Below, in pieces: positions 22,201-37,200 of a stretch of 64,000 nucleotides of DNA. The notes under the pieces are model-generated. The model ran no database searches, was not told the DNA's origin, and was given only the letters and a program-made list of their open reading frames with translations. Numbering within the stretch: the first letter of the stretch is position 1; each line of letters opens with the position of its first letter. The DNA comes from Haplodiscus bocki (Eukaryota): positions 69,068,001 to 69,132,000 of the forward strand of contig OZ296650.1 of NCBI GenBank assembly GCA_965655095.1, given 5' to 3'. The position numbers were made by a program, and so were the translations under genes.

Positions 22201-25200
22201 ATTCATACTTCTATAAGTTTCCGTTGTCAGTAGTTGAAAAGTTGACAGGTTTTGAAAATCTTCTTCGATGCAAACCAGTCTGATAAACCTGTCAATATTG
22301 GATTTTAAACCAGCAGTAAAGGATTCTAGTTTTATGCTACAGAGCCTACGATCTCATTCAATTAGCTGTTGCTCTATTGTGTCTGAAGATCGTCTCAACG
22401 GCCTCTTTTCATATTAAAAGTTTTCAGAGAAAGACTCAATTCTATTTCCTGTAAGGTTCGAAAAACGGTAGGAAAAAAGGCAAGTTACATTGATTTTTTT
22501 CAACGAACTCTGCACTCAAAAAATCTCGCGCGTGGACCGCAAGTAATTGTTGTTTCAACCTTATCAAAATTCCAAATGTGATTTGTTGTTCGAATATTGT
22601 AAAAGCTATAGGCTTGCATGTATGTTCAGAGCTGCCAGCGAAATGCTCATCAAAAACGATAAAATTCTCGACATCGAAGTTTAGAACTCCAGAAAAACCA
22701 TTCCGTAATTCATCACTCTGGAACTCATTAAAGCACTATTCTGCCTGATTTGATAAGTTATTATGCTAACTCACCAAATTGCATTTATCCAATTTGCAAA
22801 TTTGAATTTCAGACTGTTCTTTTTTAAAGAAAGAAGAGTTCATGGAGCTGATCACAAAACATTTTCAATTAGAGTAGGTTCCAGGTATAAGGCAGAGACT
22901 TTGGTTACTATGAACTTGCATGTTTCGAAGTGAGACTCAATTATTCACATATACAATATTCTATTTTGTTCTTCTACAAGTCTCAAAAAATGGTTGCCGA
23001 TTATAGTCGACTACTTCAAAGTCTTCGAAAAGTGTACTTTCTTACGAAATTTCATTTTCCACTTTACTGATTCAAAATCTTTAAAGCTTATAAATTCCAA
23101 GGAAATCCTTTTTCCGTTTGTCATGTCAGAAGCACCCAAAGTCCTTGTCAGCGAGACTATGGAGCTGGAAAAAGGGCCAAATCTTTCAGCAATTGACTTT
23201 ACCACTCGCATTAGTTTCGTCATGTGCTCGATAGTGAAAGACAAACATTACCTCCATCTGATTTTATCCCCGAGTGTGATCATAGCAGTTGCAACGAGCA
23301 ACCGCGAAAAAACGAGGAGTAACTGACAATCTCTCATCGAACTTGATAAAAACCAGAATAAAAGAAAAAGGGAAAGTATAGATTTCTACGGAACGGAAGC
23401 CCTTACAGTTCCTTGCAAGAAAGTGCCAAGTCGATAGATTTTCTTCTCGATCTTATCAAAAATCGAAAAATTAAACCACAGCCTAGAAAAAACTCTGAAG
23501 GAAACAAACAAGAAACCGCTGGCTTTCTACCCACCACGTGAAATCACCGTCATCCGAACAAGGAGTATCCTCGTATTCCTAAGCATATAGCTCAGCATAG
23601 TGAGAGAGATGTTGTTGCGGTGTTGCCTATTTTCAAACTTTCGGCGCCAAACGATCGGAAGAAAGAACAACTTTGAAACAAAGTGGTGATTTCAATAATT
23701 GCTAATTATATGATGTAAGATGTGACTGCCTTTCTATATTCAATTACGCATCATTACTTTCAATTTATCGTAAAATGGAGAAGCGAACAGTTGATAAAGC
23801 TGTCATCCCTGATGAAAAAATCACTGACAATCTAGTTTCCAGCCGAATTGAAAGCTGAGAGTAGTCTTGCAAATTTTGTAACTCTACAAATTTACGCCGA
23901 TATGAAGTGGTAATTTTCTTCCAGACTTAAATGTTTATACGTTAGCGCATGAGATTGCTTCTCATCTGCTATATCTTATATCTATGTCAATTACCACCCA
24001 CCGACGCAAGTCCTCGGCGTCAGTCATACATCAAATTCAACACCTGGAGGTAATAAGTGGTGAGTCTCAATCACAACATTTCAAGCTATCTCCTGTTTTC
24101 ACATGTAATTTCTCCTCCTCCGCCGACTCATAGGCCCATGTTAGTCATAAAGTTGATTTCGATAGATGGTAAAATTAGTAACGTTGAGGTTAACGTTCGC
24201 GTAGACGTCCGGACAGAATTTCTTTGCTCGGAGACATCCCCGACTACTCTTTATACATGCAAAAGATCAATTCTCAACGTTTACGCACCGTTTTCTGACT
24301 ACCTTTTTAATGTAAGATTTGAGTCTGTTTTGTCTTTGTCTTGAAGTTTAACCTAGTGTTTTACTCGAAAGTGTTCGCTTTCATTGTGCTTCAAAACTTG
24401 AATCGTCATCGGATATTCTTCATCCAATTTAGATTCGCCTGTGCAACTATAAAAATCGAAATCAAACCGTTACTGATTTACACGACTATAAACACTTCAT
24501 TTCTACAAGGCTTCCGACAAAACTGTAGCTTTTATGGAAGAAAAATATGTCGCAGAAGAGTGGTCTCTTGATAGTTCAAGGGCTAATTTTAAAGACAATT
24601 CCAGTCTTCTGAAAGCTAAAGGAGCTGTTGCTTCAGCTCAGAGAAACTTTCATGCAAAAAATGTGGAAGATCGTTCTCGAATAATCCTACAAATCCGTTA
24701 AATTAAGTTCAAATTGGATTGTGATGAGATTCCAATGTCCGAAAATCAACTGGGTAACTTCAGTGGTTTGAAAACTGATCAAAATGCTCTGGGACACTGT
24801 GAGGAATGAAGACAATTTATGCAAAAGAGAAGCAACGCGACACTTCAATCATAACCCCTTGAGGCAAATTGAAGCTCTGTCGACGCTTTGTCTGCAACAC
24901 ACACGAAAAAAACAGCGGTTTGACTCTATAGGCTGTCCCCAGCGCCTACGAAACGCTAGAAGTAGAACAGTCTTTGAGACGAAGACAACCCTTCAGTAAT
25001 CCTTCTCTTTGCTCCGTGGTTCCGATCATTTGCATGACTTCAATTTTTAAAATATTTGAGGGGCTCTTTTTTTCGTTAATGGTTCACAGAAAGCGTATTT
25101 TTCTGGGATCAGCATTTTCCCGATTTCTTTTTCATTCGGGATCGTTTCATCTGGTTCTACAGGTAGTTCTTCGCTTGTTTAGTCTAGATTAAGCAAGTGG

Positions 25201-28200
25201 TCTTCATTCATCTCACGTCCCTATCTAGGAAAAGTCGTGAATATTAACACGTAATATCTGCTGTTTATTGACGAAGAAAGCCTGAAGAAATCGTCGCCGA
25301 TTAAGCTGTTTAATAAATCTGATGATACTCGAAATGATTAGTTTTGATTCGGCACTTCAACGACCCTACCAAATGAGCTTCCTCACTGAACAGAAAAATG
25401 GCAACAAATGAGCGGTAAATTCTTGGGTTAGGCACATAGGAAATTGAACTTTAAAAAGGAGACAAATAATTTATTCTCGTTTTCTTCTCACAATTTGTCA
25501 AATTATAATGATCATTTTTGCGGAACCATCTCAGCTTTCCAGTCATTCCAATGTTCCAGTCATTCCTTGGTTACTGCAAAATTAGAACCTCTATCTGCTG
25601 GAATTGAAGTTGCAAGCTACCTTCTTTTGCTGTTCAAAAAATGTTAACAGTTCAATGAGATTTTTTGGTTCCCACCGTTTTACGGCGTCATCACTGGAAG
25701 AATTGGTTAGGTTTTTGCCAAGGGCAAATTTCATCATCACTCACCAATTTTTCTAATCACAATGAACTGTTCTTGAAGAGAACGGTTTCTATCCTTACTG
25801 TAACGTTGATACCCATGATAGAAAAATGGACATGCGGCTGGCTAATCTTCATCACTGGATTACCTTTCCAGGGTGGGCCAGTATCAAAAACCTCGGAAAA
25901 GCAACTTCAAGCTCAAAAAATATCGAGACCTTCAAATGCGAGAACAAAGGAGACTAACACGAGCTCTGTCTCTCGACAGCTATCCTGTTGTTATCATGTT
26001 TTTCCTCGAATCGTTCCGTAAGAGGTCATACTAAAGCAATGGACTAGATAGTGGTCATAATTAAATATGTTCAATCTCCCTGGAGATGCTTTCCTTAGGT
26101 TGAGAAATGCTTGTTTAGCTACTAACTGATCGACAACATTCAGAAAGCGCCAACAATTTATTCAGGGGTGGAATTACTATTGTTCGACCCAAGCGTCATG
26201 CAACAACGAAAAAATGATACATTGTCAAATTATGACGAAATGAAAACGAAAACATTCAGCCTATTGGTAGACACTAGCAACAATTTGCACGGCGGTGTTA
26301 CGGAGAAATTTCCATCAACTTTGAAACATAACCAACCGATGAATTGTCGTTGGACTTAGTACTGAACACTGCGACCAATTCTGCCTTTGGTTTTATCCTT
26401 GAGGTAGATCTAGAGAACCCATATGCTTTTCAGAATCCAAAGGATCATTATGTGGCGTCAACAAAAAAATTGAAGCTCAGTTCAAATTTCCTTTTGCAAA
26501 TCATGGACAAATTTTTGTTTCAATGAAAAAAGTTCAACAAAAAGTGGAAGAAGAGAAATAATACAAAGTTTGGGACATCATTTTAAAATTTGTTTCTTAA
26601 GTTTGGATCAAAAAATTCTAATGTTCACCATATTCTGAAATTTACTCAAGAAAAATGGACCACATTAAATCCCTATATTACATTAAAAAAAGAACTGCAA
26701 TCGAAATCCAAAAAAAAGTGGATGAGGCCTTCTATAAAAGCCGGAAATTTTGCTATGGAAGGAATTTCGAAAGCAAGCGGAATCGAAATATGGCCAAAGT
26801 ACTCCGTGCACAACGTGCAAATTTAGAGACTCAGAAAAACGTGACGGAGCTTTATCGACTACAAACTTAATGCTGTAACATGTCGGAGAAGTCAATCCTC
26901 CGGGAACTTCAGTCGGTGCTTGCATATTGGGCTCGGCAACAAATCGCATCTTCTTCAACTGCAGGGTAAGCTTCATTGAAATTATCTCGGCTTGAGGGAT
27001 GATATTTCAATCTTTTGTTCTTACCATGTTTGGTTTTCTTCATCTTCCTCTATATTTTCAGGGAAAAATTATCTGTGAAAAATTATGATGTATTGACAAG
27101 CGCCAAAGCTAGATTTGCTTGTTCGTAGGTCTACTTTGACAGGAATTCTCTTCTATTTGAAATACGAGGCGAGAACTTCTACGGAAAGTCCGCGACAGCG
27201 ATTCATTAAAATAGCATTTTGACTTATCGATCTACTTTCCGATTATCTCTTTCTATTCAAACGTCAAGAAAAAAGGCTATGTTGAAGTTCAAAGACGAGA
27301 TGTGTGGTAATAAAGTTAAGGATTTTAGTGGATTGAAGGCAAAAACTCTTCAAAATTCAAGAAGACAAGCAGAAATTGTGTGTCAGTGGTTTTCAGCTAT
27401 TTTGCTCAACAACTCTCAAGTCATCAGTTGTACAAAAGAGTTCTAAACAATGGAGTTATCATCATGCAATCAATAAAGATAAAGTCAGGCGTTCAAAAAC
27501 ACGGTTTACAGACCTTAAAAAAGCAGAATCTCGCACATCTCCTCTGAGCTCACCGACAAGAGATTCACTCAAGTGGATGTGATAACGTTGTCTACTTAAA
27601 AGTTTGATGCGCCTGCGACGATAACCATCGCTGATGACTAACTCGCAGCCGAAAAAAAGGCTTCATTGAAACGAAACGCTCGTTGAAAAAAGACAGCATG
27701 GAAATGCCTTTCAAGACACCAATTAAAAAATAGATGCAAAAAAAAGCACTATCGAAAAGCTCGCCAGCAAAGGGCACATAGGGGTGTTGCTCAAAATTCT
27801 AGCTTGAAAAAGCGCCTCAAAACACCGGTAAAGAATTGCTGCCGAAAAAATTACCGTATCGAAATGCTCGTCAAAAACAAGCCGCATGAAAATCCTGCTC
27901 AAAACACCGTCAAAAATTATCTGCCGAAAAAAGATTGTATCGAAATGCTGGACGGAAATACCTCATTTGAAAAGCTTGGTTACAGTGAAAATGGTAGCTC
28001 AAAAAGCACTCATTAAACCAGAGCAGGCAACTGAGCCCCGCAGACGGAATCTTCTGCGTGTGTGCGGTTCAGCATAAAACCTTGAGGATGAGATTTCCTG
28101 CTCATCTACAGAAATCTGTATAACGCAAAATTTGTATTAAAAAATAGGCAGAAAAAAAACGACTTGTGGATGACAAAATGCATCTAAATAAAGAGTTCAG

Positions 28201-31200
28201 TTCAAAATGTGAGTTTACATATGGCTTTTCCATTACTTTGATTAAGTTCGCATGGCCTTCTCGTTTGCCGTTTGAATTGATGCGACATTATGTGACACCT
28301 GTCAGCAGAAATTTTCCGCCAGGGGTGGTGGACCTGTACTTCATATCCTGCCGCTGATGATTTCAGAAAACCAGTGGAATCAGCATGCCTGCTCATGGCC
28401 ACTGTCCAATTTATCTCCAGGTTGCGATGCTCAGTTGACCCAAGGAGAAGTTGTCGCACATCTGGGACTGCTTTGGATTTTGCAGGTTGTTATACCCTTT
28501 GTGTAATGGTCTGAGGACTTTCGCAAAGCCAAAAACGCAATCTTCATCGCCCGTCATTGAAATCGCTCCATAGTGGACTCGAGGCTGGCTGCTCCTATTT
28601 CGGTTTCTGTTTTACAGAAGACGTACTCTTGAGGTTTCTCTTATTTTTTGAATTATAGCATCAAAACCGCATTAGTGTCTAATTTTCATTAATTCCGTAA
28701 CTGGTTCCCATTTCAACTAAGAACAGTACGTTCGTTGAAATTTGACAATGTTGCACAGTTTCTTACTTGTTGCCAGAAATCAAAAATTAGAAATGCTTGC
28801 CTACTTTCAGCAAGCAATTACGGGGAAAACCTGTACTTTTCTATGGATTTAGAAAACCTCAAACGTTAATCTGACATGAAATTCTCGTAAAGCGAGTTTC
28901 CTGTCTTTACTGCATTGAGAGCGTAACAGAAATACACGTAGGTTAGCCAGAAAGGATCAAATGTAGCTAGAACCAATCTGAGAAAACGTCAGCGTCATCC
29001 CTGTAAAAACTTTCGCCTCCGGCTGCGATATTGAAAACGTAAATTATTTGACAAAAAGTTCAATAACATGCCCCTGGAGAATTGTTGGAGGACTTAATTC
29101 AGTTTAAAAAATCCGCAGAGTACTTTGATTTAACAGCTGAAAACATGCAAGTGATATGGTAAATTTGCCAAAAAATCGGGGTGTCAAACTAAATGAATGT
29201 TCGTCTGGTTCTGATCAAAAGAATATCCTTTTCAATTTTATCGAAAATCCAAGAACACTTTGTACCCACAGCTTTTCACACTTTTTGTCTCCGCTTCTCA
29301 AAAACTGCGCGACAATTAGTGGTTTTTGCTTTTTAGGACCTCTGAACTCAACAAACTGAACGTTGTTGGCAGCGAATCAAGTGTGATTGGTACTAAAGAA
29401 CCCAGTGGTCTAAAAGGAAGGACAGAAGCGCTATGAAGTCACAGTTCGTGGGCTTCGACCCCAGTATAGGCTATACTTTTTACACTTTATGGCTTAGAGG
29501 CTAGAACAAAAGCCACATGTCGAAGGTTAGAACCCCGGGTTGAGCTGTATTTTCCAAAACTCACGTCCCAGTAAGTAAGAAAAGGGTTCAGAAGCCACAA
29601 GTCGCCGGTTTGAACTCCGGTATAGGCTAAATTTGTAGCCTTTCATACGGGAAACTATAACAATTGTCTACCTTTTTTTCGTGATAACCACCCTCATAAA
29701 GTCTAACGAACAAAAAGTTGGCGGGTTCGAATCCCAGCATAAGCTAAGTTTTCTGATAACTTTTACTAAAAGAATTATTAAAAAATTATACCAAAGCGCA
29801 GTTTTTGTCAAACATCAATATTCAATCTGTCCTATCAGTATTTTGAGTCATACAGGCGGTGCCGACTTGCGCCGTTTCCGGCTTGTTGGGTTTTGAGATT
29901 TTGGGCTCCAAAAACGCTCATTTTTGCTCGGGACACTTGAGTCACGAGTTCGCTTGATTAAAATTAGTGCTGTACATTTCTTATTGACGATATGAGCCTT
30001 GCTAGATTGCCCTTTCAAACAAGTTATTTAAGCAAGATAGCAATGTTGTTAACTTCATAGTTAAGATTGTACCACTGTCTAATGAAAGAACAACTAACAA
30101 AAAATCTGACCCTCTCCGAGATTCTCCAACGAAAAGATCGTCTCTAATAAATTGCTGCGGGTATTCTTTCAGCAATGAACGATCAGATAGTTTCTTAATA
30201 GGCTGTGCTGGTTTTAAATTCTCCTCGCCCACGAAAAAATTGAAATCATTCTCAGCCATCTCTGACAACTCTTTATCATTCCACGTTGAGTTGGTCATAT
30301 AAGAAGTATCGAGATGCATTGAGGGCGACTCTTCGTAGAATACTGCAACTATCATCGCCACTGTTTGAATGTCAAATAGCTGCAAGTAATATTCAATATA
30401 TGACTCTATTAGAGGCCTGCCAAGGGGAAATAAAGACATGGGTGGTACAGTTGGTTTTCCATCATCAAATTGTTTCATCATCACTGCGACGTCAGAAAGA
30501 ATGTCCCACATCCTAGCCAGCTCAGTCTTACCAGCCTTCGCACAAACCTCACGGTTATGCTCACATATTTCAGTCCTATCCAAGTCTTCATCAAACACTT
30601 TGTATTCACGGGCTAAATTTCTATCGGCAATAAAAATCTGAGGTACTTCTTGACAAATGACAGATATTTGGGTGAACTTCATGGCAGCGTTTCTCGAATT
30701 GTAATAGTCTGCTAAATTGTGAGGAGTTTTGCGTTTGTCTTCACCTGGAGGAAGAATTTTATACTGCTTCGCTTGCTGCATGGACTGGTTGAAGATGACT
30801 AAACGGCCGGCCGAAAATCTTCCACCTAAAAAAACACTGATAGTCAATATTGACAAAAGCCAGATTGATGTCAAAAGCAACAAATTTCATGCACATTCAA
30901 AAAACAACTACCACCAATTTTTCACAACACAAAAAACCATTTTCCAAAAACCATTCAAAATAAAAACAGGCGCCCCATTTTTGACGCTTTCGTTACGAAA
31001 CCATATTGCACAACGTGAAACGTGGGAAACTTTCGTCAATTTTTGTCATCAAATCTACGATAGGTTTCTTTTCCAAAGACATTCTGCTAAGAGGTTTAAC
31101 TTACTTCAGCAAAATTGTCCAACACGCCAGGTAGTCTAGAGCCAAAATGATGAAAGCTGTACATTTGACTGAAGTTTCCCAAGCTTTTCAATTTTTTTTG

Positions 31201-34200
31201 TGATAGCCTCTTGTCTCTGTCCCTAAGCTCGAAAACGCCGTACACCACAAATTTTGTGATACGCCCTAGCTTTTCGATTGGAGACTTGAAGGGGGAACGC
31301 CGACTAGATCCCTCGCGGCTTATATTTTGTGTTCATGAAATCGAGAAAAAATGATAAACGCATAGAAAAATGAGTGATAGGAAAATTTTTAATGAAAACA
31401 AGAGACATGGTGCTATTGTTAACAAATCGGAAGAAATCCTGTTAATACACGCGATTCAAAGTTTCCGCGAAATGAAAGAAAGCAAACGGACGAGCGATTT
31501 TAGAGATATATGAATTTTCTCCACTTGAGAAATACTCTAAATCCTTCAACCGTAATCAAAATAAATGTACGAATAAGTTACATTTCCACTAAATTTAAAG
31601 GAGTAAAAAAATCGAAGATAAAAAAAACCAGTCAAAATACCTCAGCGTCTTCTCAGATAAAAGGGACATGCCTGCGTCTCCTCAGAACTTCCATATTGCG
31701 GGCTTTTGGTTTTCTAAGCTATGAAATGTGTCAAAAAAATGCTTGCCTGTTCCGAAATTCCATTCAATTCAAACTTTTGAACGAGCACAAGAAGACCGTC
31801 TGCAATGTAAGCAGTAGTCTTTGAAAAAAAATGCAAGTCCCACATTCAAACATTCTCCAATATCAAACTACAAGTCAAGAAATTTCGCGTGGAAAGTATG
31901 GCACGTCACATCCTGATTTTCCAAAGATTCGCCACACCGCCGGTTTTGGAAGCAGCATTGTATGCCCGCAGTCCAACAGCATTCTTGCAGAAAAGCAATA
32001 AAAGAGTTGAAAGTAAAATTTTTTGGAATTACAAAGGACAATTCAAAATTTTTAAAAGTAAAGTATGAAAGGTGTGAAACGGTATATGCCTATTTTATGG
32101 CAGATTATCCTTTTTCGGTTTTTGGAGGAGCGGTAGAAGACCGCAATCCAGCCGGTGATTCTGAGAAAAACAACTATAAAAGTTACATGTAAAAGATTCT
32201 CAAATTACAAACGAGAGGTCAGAACACTTCATGTGTAGAGTATGAAAAGACTGAAACGGGACATTTCTATTTCGGCGCAAATTCTTCAAAATGCAGGCTT
32301 TTCAAAGAGTGCCCGATGACTTCAACTCGACGCGTAATATTCAAGAAAAAAATTGAGATTCAAAAAGACGCAAAAATTCTCAATGTCAAACTACTGCTAA
32401 ACAAAATTCAAGTCGAACGTACGAAATGGCACAACCCTTTTCTCTAGAGATTCTCAATATCGCAGAATTTCGCGGGAGCACCAGATGGTCACAATCTGAC
32501 TAGTAGCTTTCGAAGGAAACAGTTTTGAAGAAAGATGAAAATACTTTTTCTCTGAATTTGCCAACTATATAGTAATTTTTGCTTCAGAAAATCGGAAACT
32601 GTAAAATATTCAACTTGAGAAGTCTCTGCCTCTGGTTTTCCACTCAGCAGTGGAAGAAGGCAATACGTGGAAAAATTCTATAAGGAAAACATTTTGAAGT
32701 CAAATACCAGCAATTAATCGACACCAGCAAAGCTATACAAATATATTTGTTTAATAGTTCCCCCTTGCCGTTTTTCTTACTTTTCAATGAAGCATTTGCA
32801 AAGCAACCTGAAGGAAAAATGGAAATGGATTTATGGCCAAACACCCATTTACACAATAGAAAACAGCTCAACAGCCGATGCCAGTTTTGAACGATCGGAA
32901 AAGTCAGTCAGGATCGTATTCCATGACTTGCTTGATTCATGTGCAAATGAGGCGAGACGGAACATCGCAAAGCTGGGAAACTAAAAAAAGCCAAAAAGCA
33001 GCACAGCACCAGCCATAGATACCTGACAGAAACCAAGTAGAAAGTACTAAAACTTACCGATATCATCGAAACTCTACCTCATTGAAGAAACAGAGATTTG
33101 ATAGATTCTGTCCAGATAACCATTTGGGACAATTTTACAAAAGGGCGAATATCTTTTTTGACTGAAAAAAAAAACGTGAAAAGAGCCAACAAAAAAAACC
33201 TTTATATAAGAATTTAGGTCTATCTTGGCCGACTTTACCAGACAGGCGTAAAGATCGCTCTGGGCTCAGACTATCACTGTACAGGCTGGAGGCTTGAGGA
33301 ACTCACTCTTTTAACCCTATTTGATGCAATGTCGGCCGAAAGCCCGGTTCGGAGAGCAAAAGAACGAAAAATGTATGAAAAACATTTCAAGCAGTTTCAG
33401 GCTGACTTTGGAGCGGAGCACCAACGATACCATTTTAAAAGAAATTTTCGAAAATCTGAGACTCAAAATTCAACACTACGTATATGTTTTAAGTCGAGGC
33501 GTAGTAACAAATTTGATTTGATAGCCAGAAGATTAGAATCTGAATAACCCGCGACGTTAGTTGTCTTTGCGTACTAGAAAAAGCTAGAAACAATCTTTTT
33601 TTTATCCAAGTAGTTATAATGCATATTTAAAAAAACGACTACTAGGATTTGTTTTCAATGCACTAGGTCATGAGAATAATAGAAGGCAAACGAGCAAAAG
33701 TTCCACAGTCGTCGAAAAACACCATTTTCTGTTGTTCTGAGCCATAGAAAAACCTCAATAGTTACAATGAGATTGTAAAGTTGTACTTAATTATACTGGT
33801 TTTTGTGCAACGTACCAATCTAACCAACTGGCCCAAAAAGTAAAAATAAAAAGCAACAGTTACAATGTTCTGGGAAAATCGAAAAATTTATTACTTTTGA
33901 ACTACTTTACAACACCAAAAAGCAGCATTCGACAAGCTGAAAACCTTGAGATTTTTTAAAAGTTCTGCATTTGTCAACAATTGGGATTTTGTGCTGTAGT
34001 ATTTTGCAAAAGCACCAATGAAGTTCTCATCGAGAGCATTTGGAAAATTTTTTGGATAACAGGAAAATAGCCTAATTTAGGCCTACGTTATTAAATAAAC
34101 GAAAAAGGAAAGAGCCACTTTTTAACGAAAACTTTCAGAATTCGAAAGAGTCCTAATAAATCAGAGTTTCGTACGAAGTTATGCCAGAAGCTTGTTAGGA

Positions 34201-37200
34201 AGATTAAAGAAAAGGTAAAAAATCGAAAGTAACAAGAAAAACAGCGGACTTCAGCGTTGGTTGTCAGTGAAAATAAAAAATTTACTTACCAAACAAGCAA
34301 AACTCTTCGATAAAATATTGTTGGTATCAATTTTCAGCCCAAAATTACTGATATTGTAGGACAAAACACCGAAAACTCGAGTGAAGATGCTGAAAAAGAA
34401 TCCGAACAGTTCAAATTTAGTTCAATTCCGATAATGATAGAACACTTCGATTTTTTCAACCAATTTCACATTTCGGCCAACTTACACGACAAATTAGGAA
34501 AAATCAATTTGGACGAAGATCCCGAAAGAAATCTGCAAGCAAACAACATATCTCTCCCATCTGAGAAAATAGCGGTTTTTCTCAACAACTTCAGAATTGA
34601 GAGAAGGTAAAACATTCAAAACAAAAGATGTCAATCGCGATGGGAGCAGAACTCGGATGGTCGTGGTAACCGAGCGCAAATGGCCGTTAATAATTACCAC
34701 AACCCCGTAAACCACCTGATTGAACAATTAGAAGCGAAGTTCGTCCCACCACTCATATTGTGCGTGTTGTGGTCATGACAGAGCGCGGGTGAAACGCAAA
34801 ACTTGACGGTTTGACAGGCTAGTATTAACAAGAGGTGAAGTGGAGATTCACAGAGCTGACGAAACAAGGTCAGAAGTTCTCCGAAAATTCGGACAGCACC
34901 CTATCAACACCACAAAGTTGGTCGAACATTATTGAAATTTTACTATTTCTGAGACAAAATTGACAGCTCTAACCGAAAAATTGCAACATTAACACTTTCT
35001 CGGGAAGTTCTATTGGAAATCTCCGAATTGTAGCACGTGTGTGCCTATCGTGTCGGACGCAATAAGAGCAGACCACTGAATTGAAGGACAAGCGAACGAG
35101 CACTGGATGGAAAATCATCACTTTTAGCCGTGGCTGATCTTGAAATACTGAAGGCACTATTTCGAAATTTGACGTTTCCTATTGAATTATGCTTGAAACG
35201 TAGTGAGAAGGATATTGTTGAAGGCAAAAGAGCGGAAATAGCGGAAAAATCAGCAAAAGTTGTTCAGCAAAAACAAAATCTTGAATTTTTTTTCAAAAAC
35301 ATCCAAAAAAATTATAACTTGCTAGCGATTTTTTTCCGGGAAATCATAAAAAGGCATATAAACATCAAAAATTTCGGCTAAATATAAAAGTTCGATTGAT
35401 TAATCGTTTCTTTTTCACACTAAACACAGAAAACCTGGCCAAGATGGGATTTGAACAGATAGTCGACGTAAAATAGCGGACATGGTCCTGGTTACACATG
35501 GGCGAAGCTGTGCTTCGCAACACTTGCTCGAACAGACTACTAGTGAAAAAATCAAACAAGCATAACTGATTTTTGAATGGGCCAAGGTACCACAAGACCA
35601 TTGATTAAACAGCTTTTCAAGTAACTTAGTTTTTATAAATTAATACAAGCGAGACAGATACGCCTAGCTACAGTAAGTAATTCAATTTAATTCAAGAGAG
35701 CTCGCACGGAGGAAAAAACGCTAGCTGAACACATTTTTGGAACTGCGCGAGAGCGCATGAACGAAGTTTTGCAGGATAGCGAGAACGCATGAACGATCCC
35801 TGGGATTATAACAAATGCAATTTCTGACGGATCGAAAAACGAATAGGCGCCTCTGATATAACGCTTCCTTGCACAAGTGTTACAGAAGCGAAGCAGAACT
35901 GCGGAAAGCTGGGTAAAAAATTCCGCCAGTTTTCCACAAAATTGGAACAGCACTGTCCATAAATACCGGGGAAAGGTTGTTTAAAACAATACGAAAACCC
36001 CTATATTATCGAAAAGTGATTCTACAAAAAAACAATTGAAATTTGCCAGAATGTCTATTGTCTAAAAAACCATTGCTGGGATTCTCGATTTCTGCCTAAA
36101 GCTCCAAAGTCTCTCTTCGTCAGCGAAGGAGCGTGAGAACTTCCATAAAAACAAGAAATTTGTACTTATGAAAATTTTCATCCGAGAACCATACCAGACC
36201 TTTGGGCGCAAGGAGGCTCTCTCATGGCTGAAATAATAATCACTTTACAACAATTACGCTTGAAGAACTTGTAGCAATAGTACTTGCGTTTGAGCCCTCC
36301 TTATGCATTTGTAGCCAAGAAGCTGAGTGGAAGAGAAAAACTATGTAAAACCACTAACAAGCGCTGTTTCAGTCTGACCCTGGAGCACAAAAAACATTTT
36401 TCATGAAATTTTCCAAAAGAAAGAGACAAGGCTTAAAATACAACACTTTACTTAGTTTGACTGGACTCTTTGTGGCAAATCTGGGAGGCAAACGAAGAAA
36501 ATAAGCGAAAATCGCTAAATTAGATATTTTGAGAATTAAAACACTTTCAATAATGACCCCTTCACAGCAAAATGTTTAGTATTTAAAGCAACAATGAAAG
36601 ATAAGTCTTCGAATTGGTTTTCAAGGCACTTGTAGCTGAAAATCAAAATTAGAAGTCAACCGAGCGAAAGTACAGCAAAACACGGAGATTTAGCAATCTC
36701 TTGTTCACTTCAAAGCAACGGAAAGTTCCCTGAAGAACAACTTTGAAACTTCCTGTAATGAGCCATATTTGTGCCTCTTGATATTGTTGAAGTGACACAG
36801 TGGCAACATGCTTGATAAGGAAGCCAAGAGCGCAAAAAATTTGGGGAAAGAGCGATATTAGCTATTCTGGCCTACCTTACAGCATCAAAAACGCCATTTA
36901 CACCAAGTAAAAATCTTCAAAAAATTGCCACATATCAATGTTTTGACTACTTCTGCTCCTCCAGTTCCATTAGTTGGTACACGCAGCTAAAAGTTGATAT
37001 CGAAATAAGAATAGCGAAAAATCTGACAAAATCGGGAAATTAGCTAAATTTCGGCTTAGACTTGAACTTTTTTTGACACTTGAAATTGGATCTATTCCTC
37101 GTAGCTCAACGATTTGTACTAATTTGGGCTGCATGCAGAAATACAAAGCTCAAACGTAAGCCAAGAGATTGAAAGTTGCAAAAAATATGGCGAAAACACG

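Noticed and set aside
27630-27680. Hammerhead-like CTGATGA...GAAA motifs (also ~25319, ~28353, ~42852)
   Set aside because: No supporting stems I-III.
35400-36260. KDZ/Zisupton-like transposase remnant
   Set aside because: Only vague matches; the same stretch fits better with the collinear Ski2/Sec63 helicase motif series.
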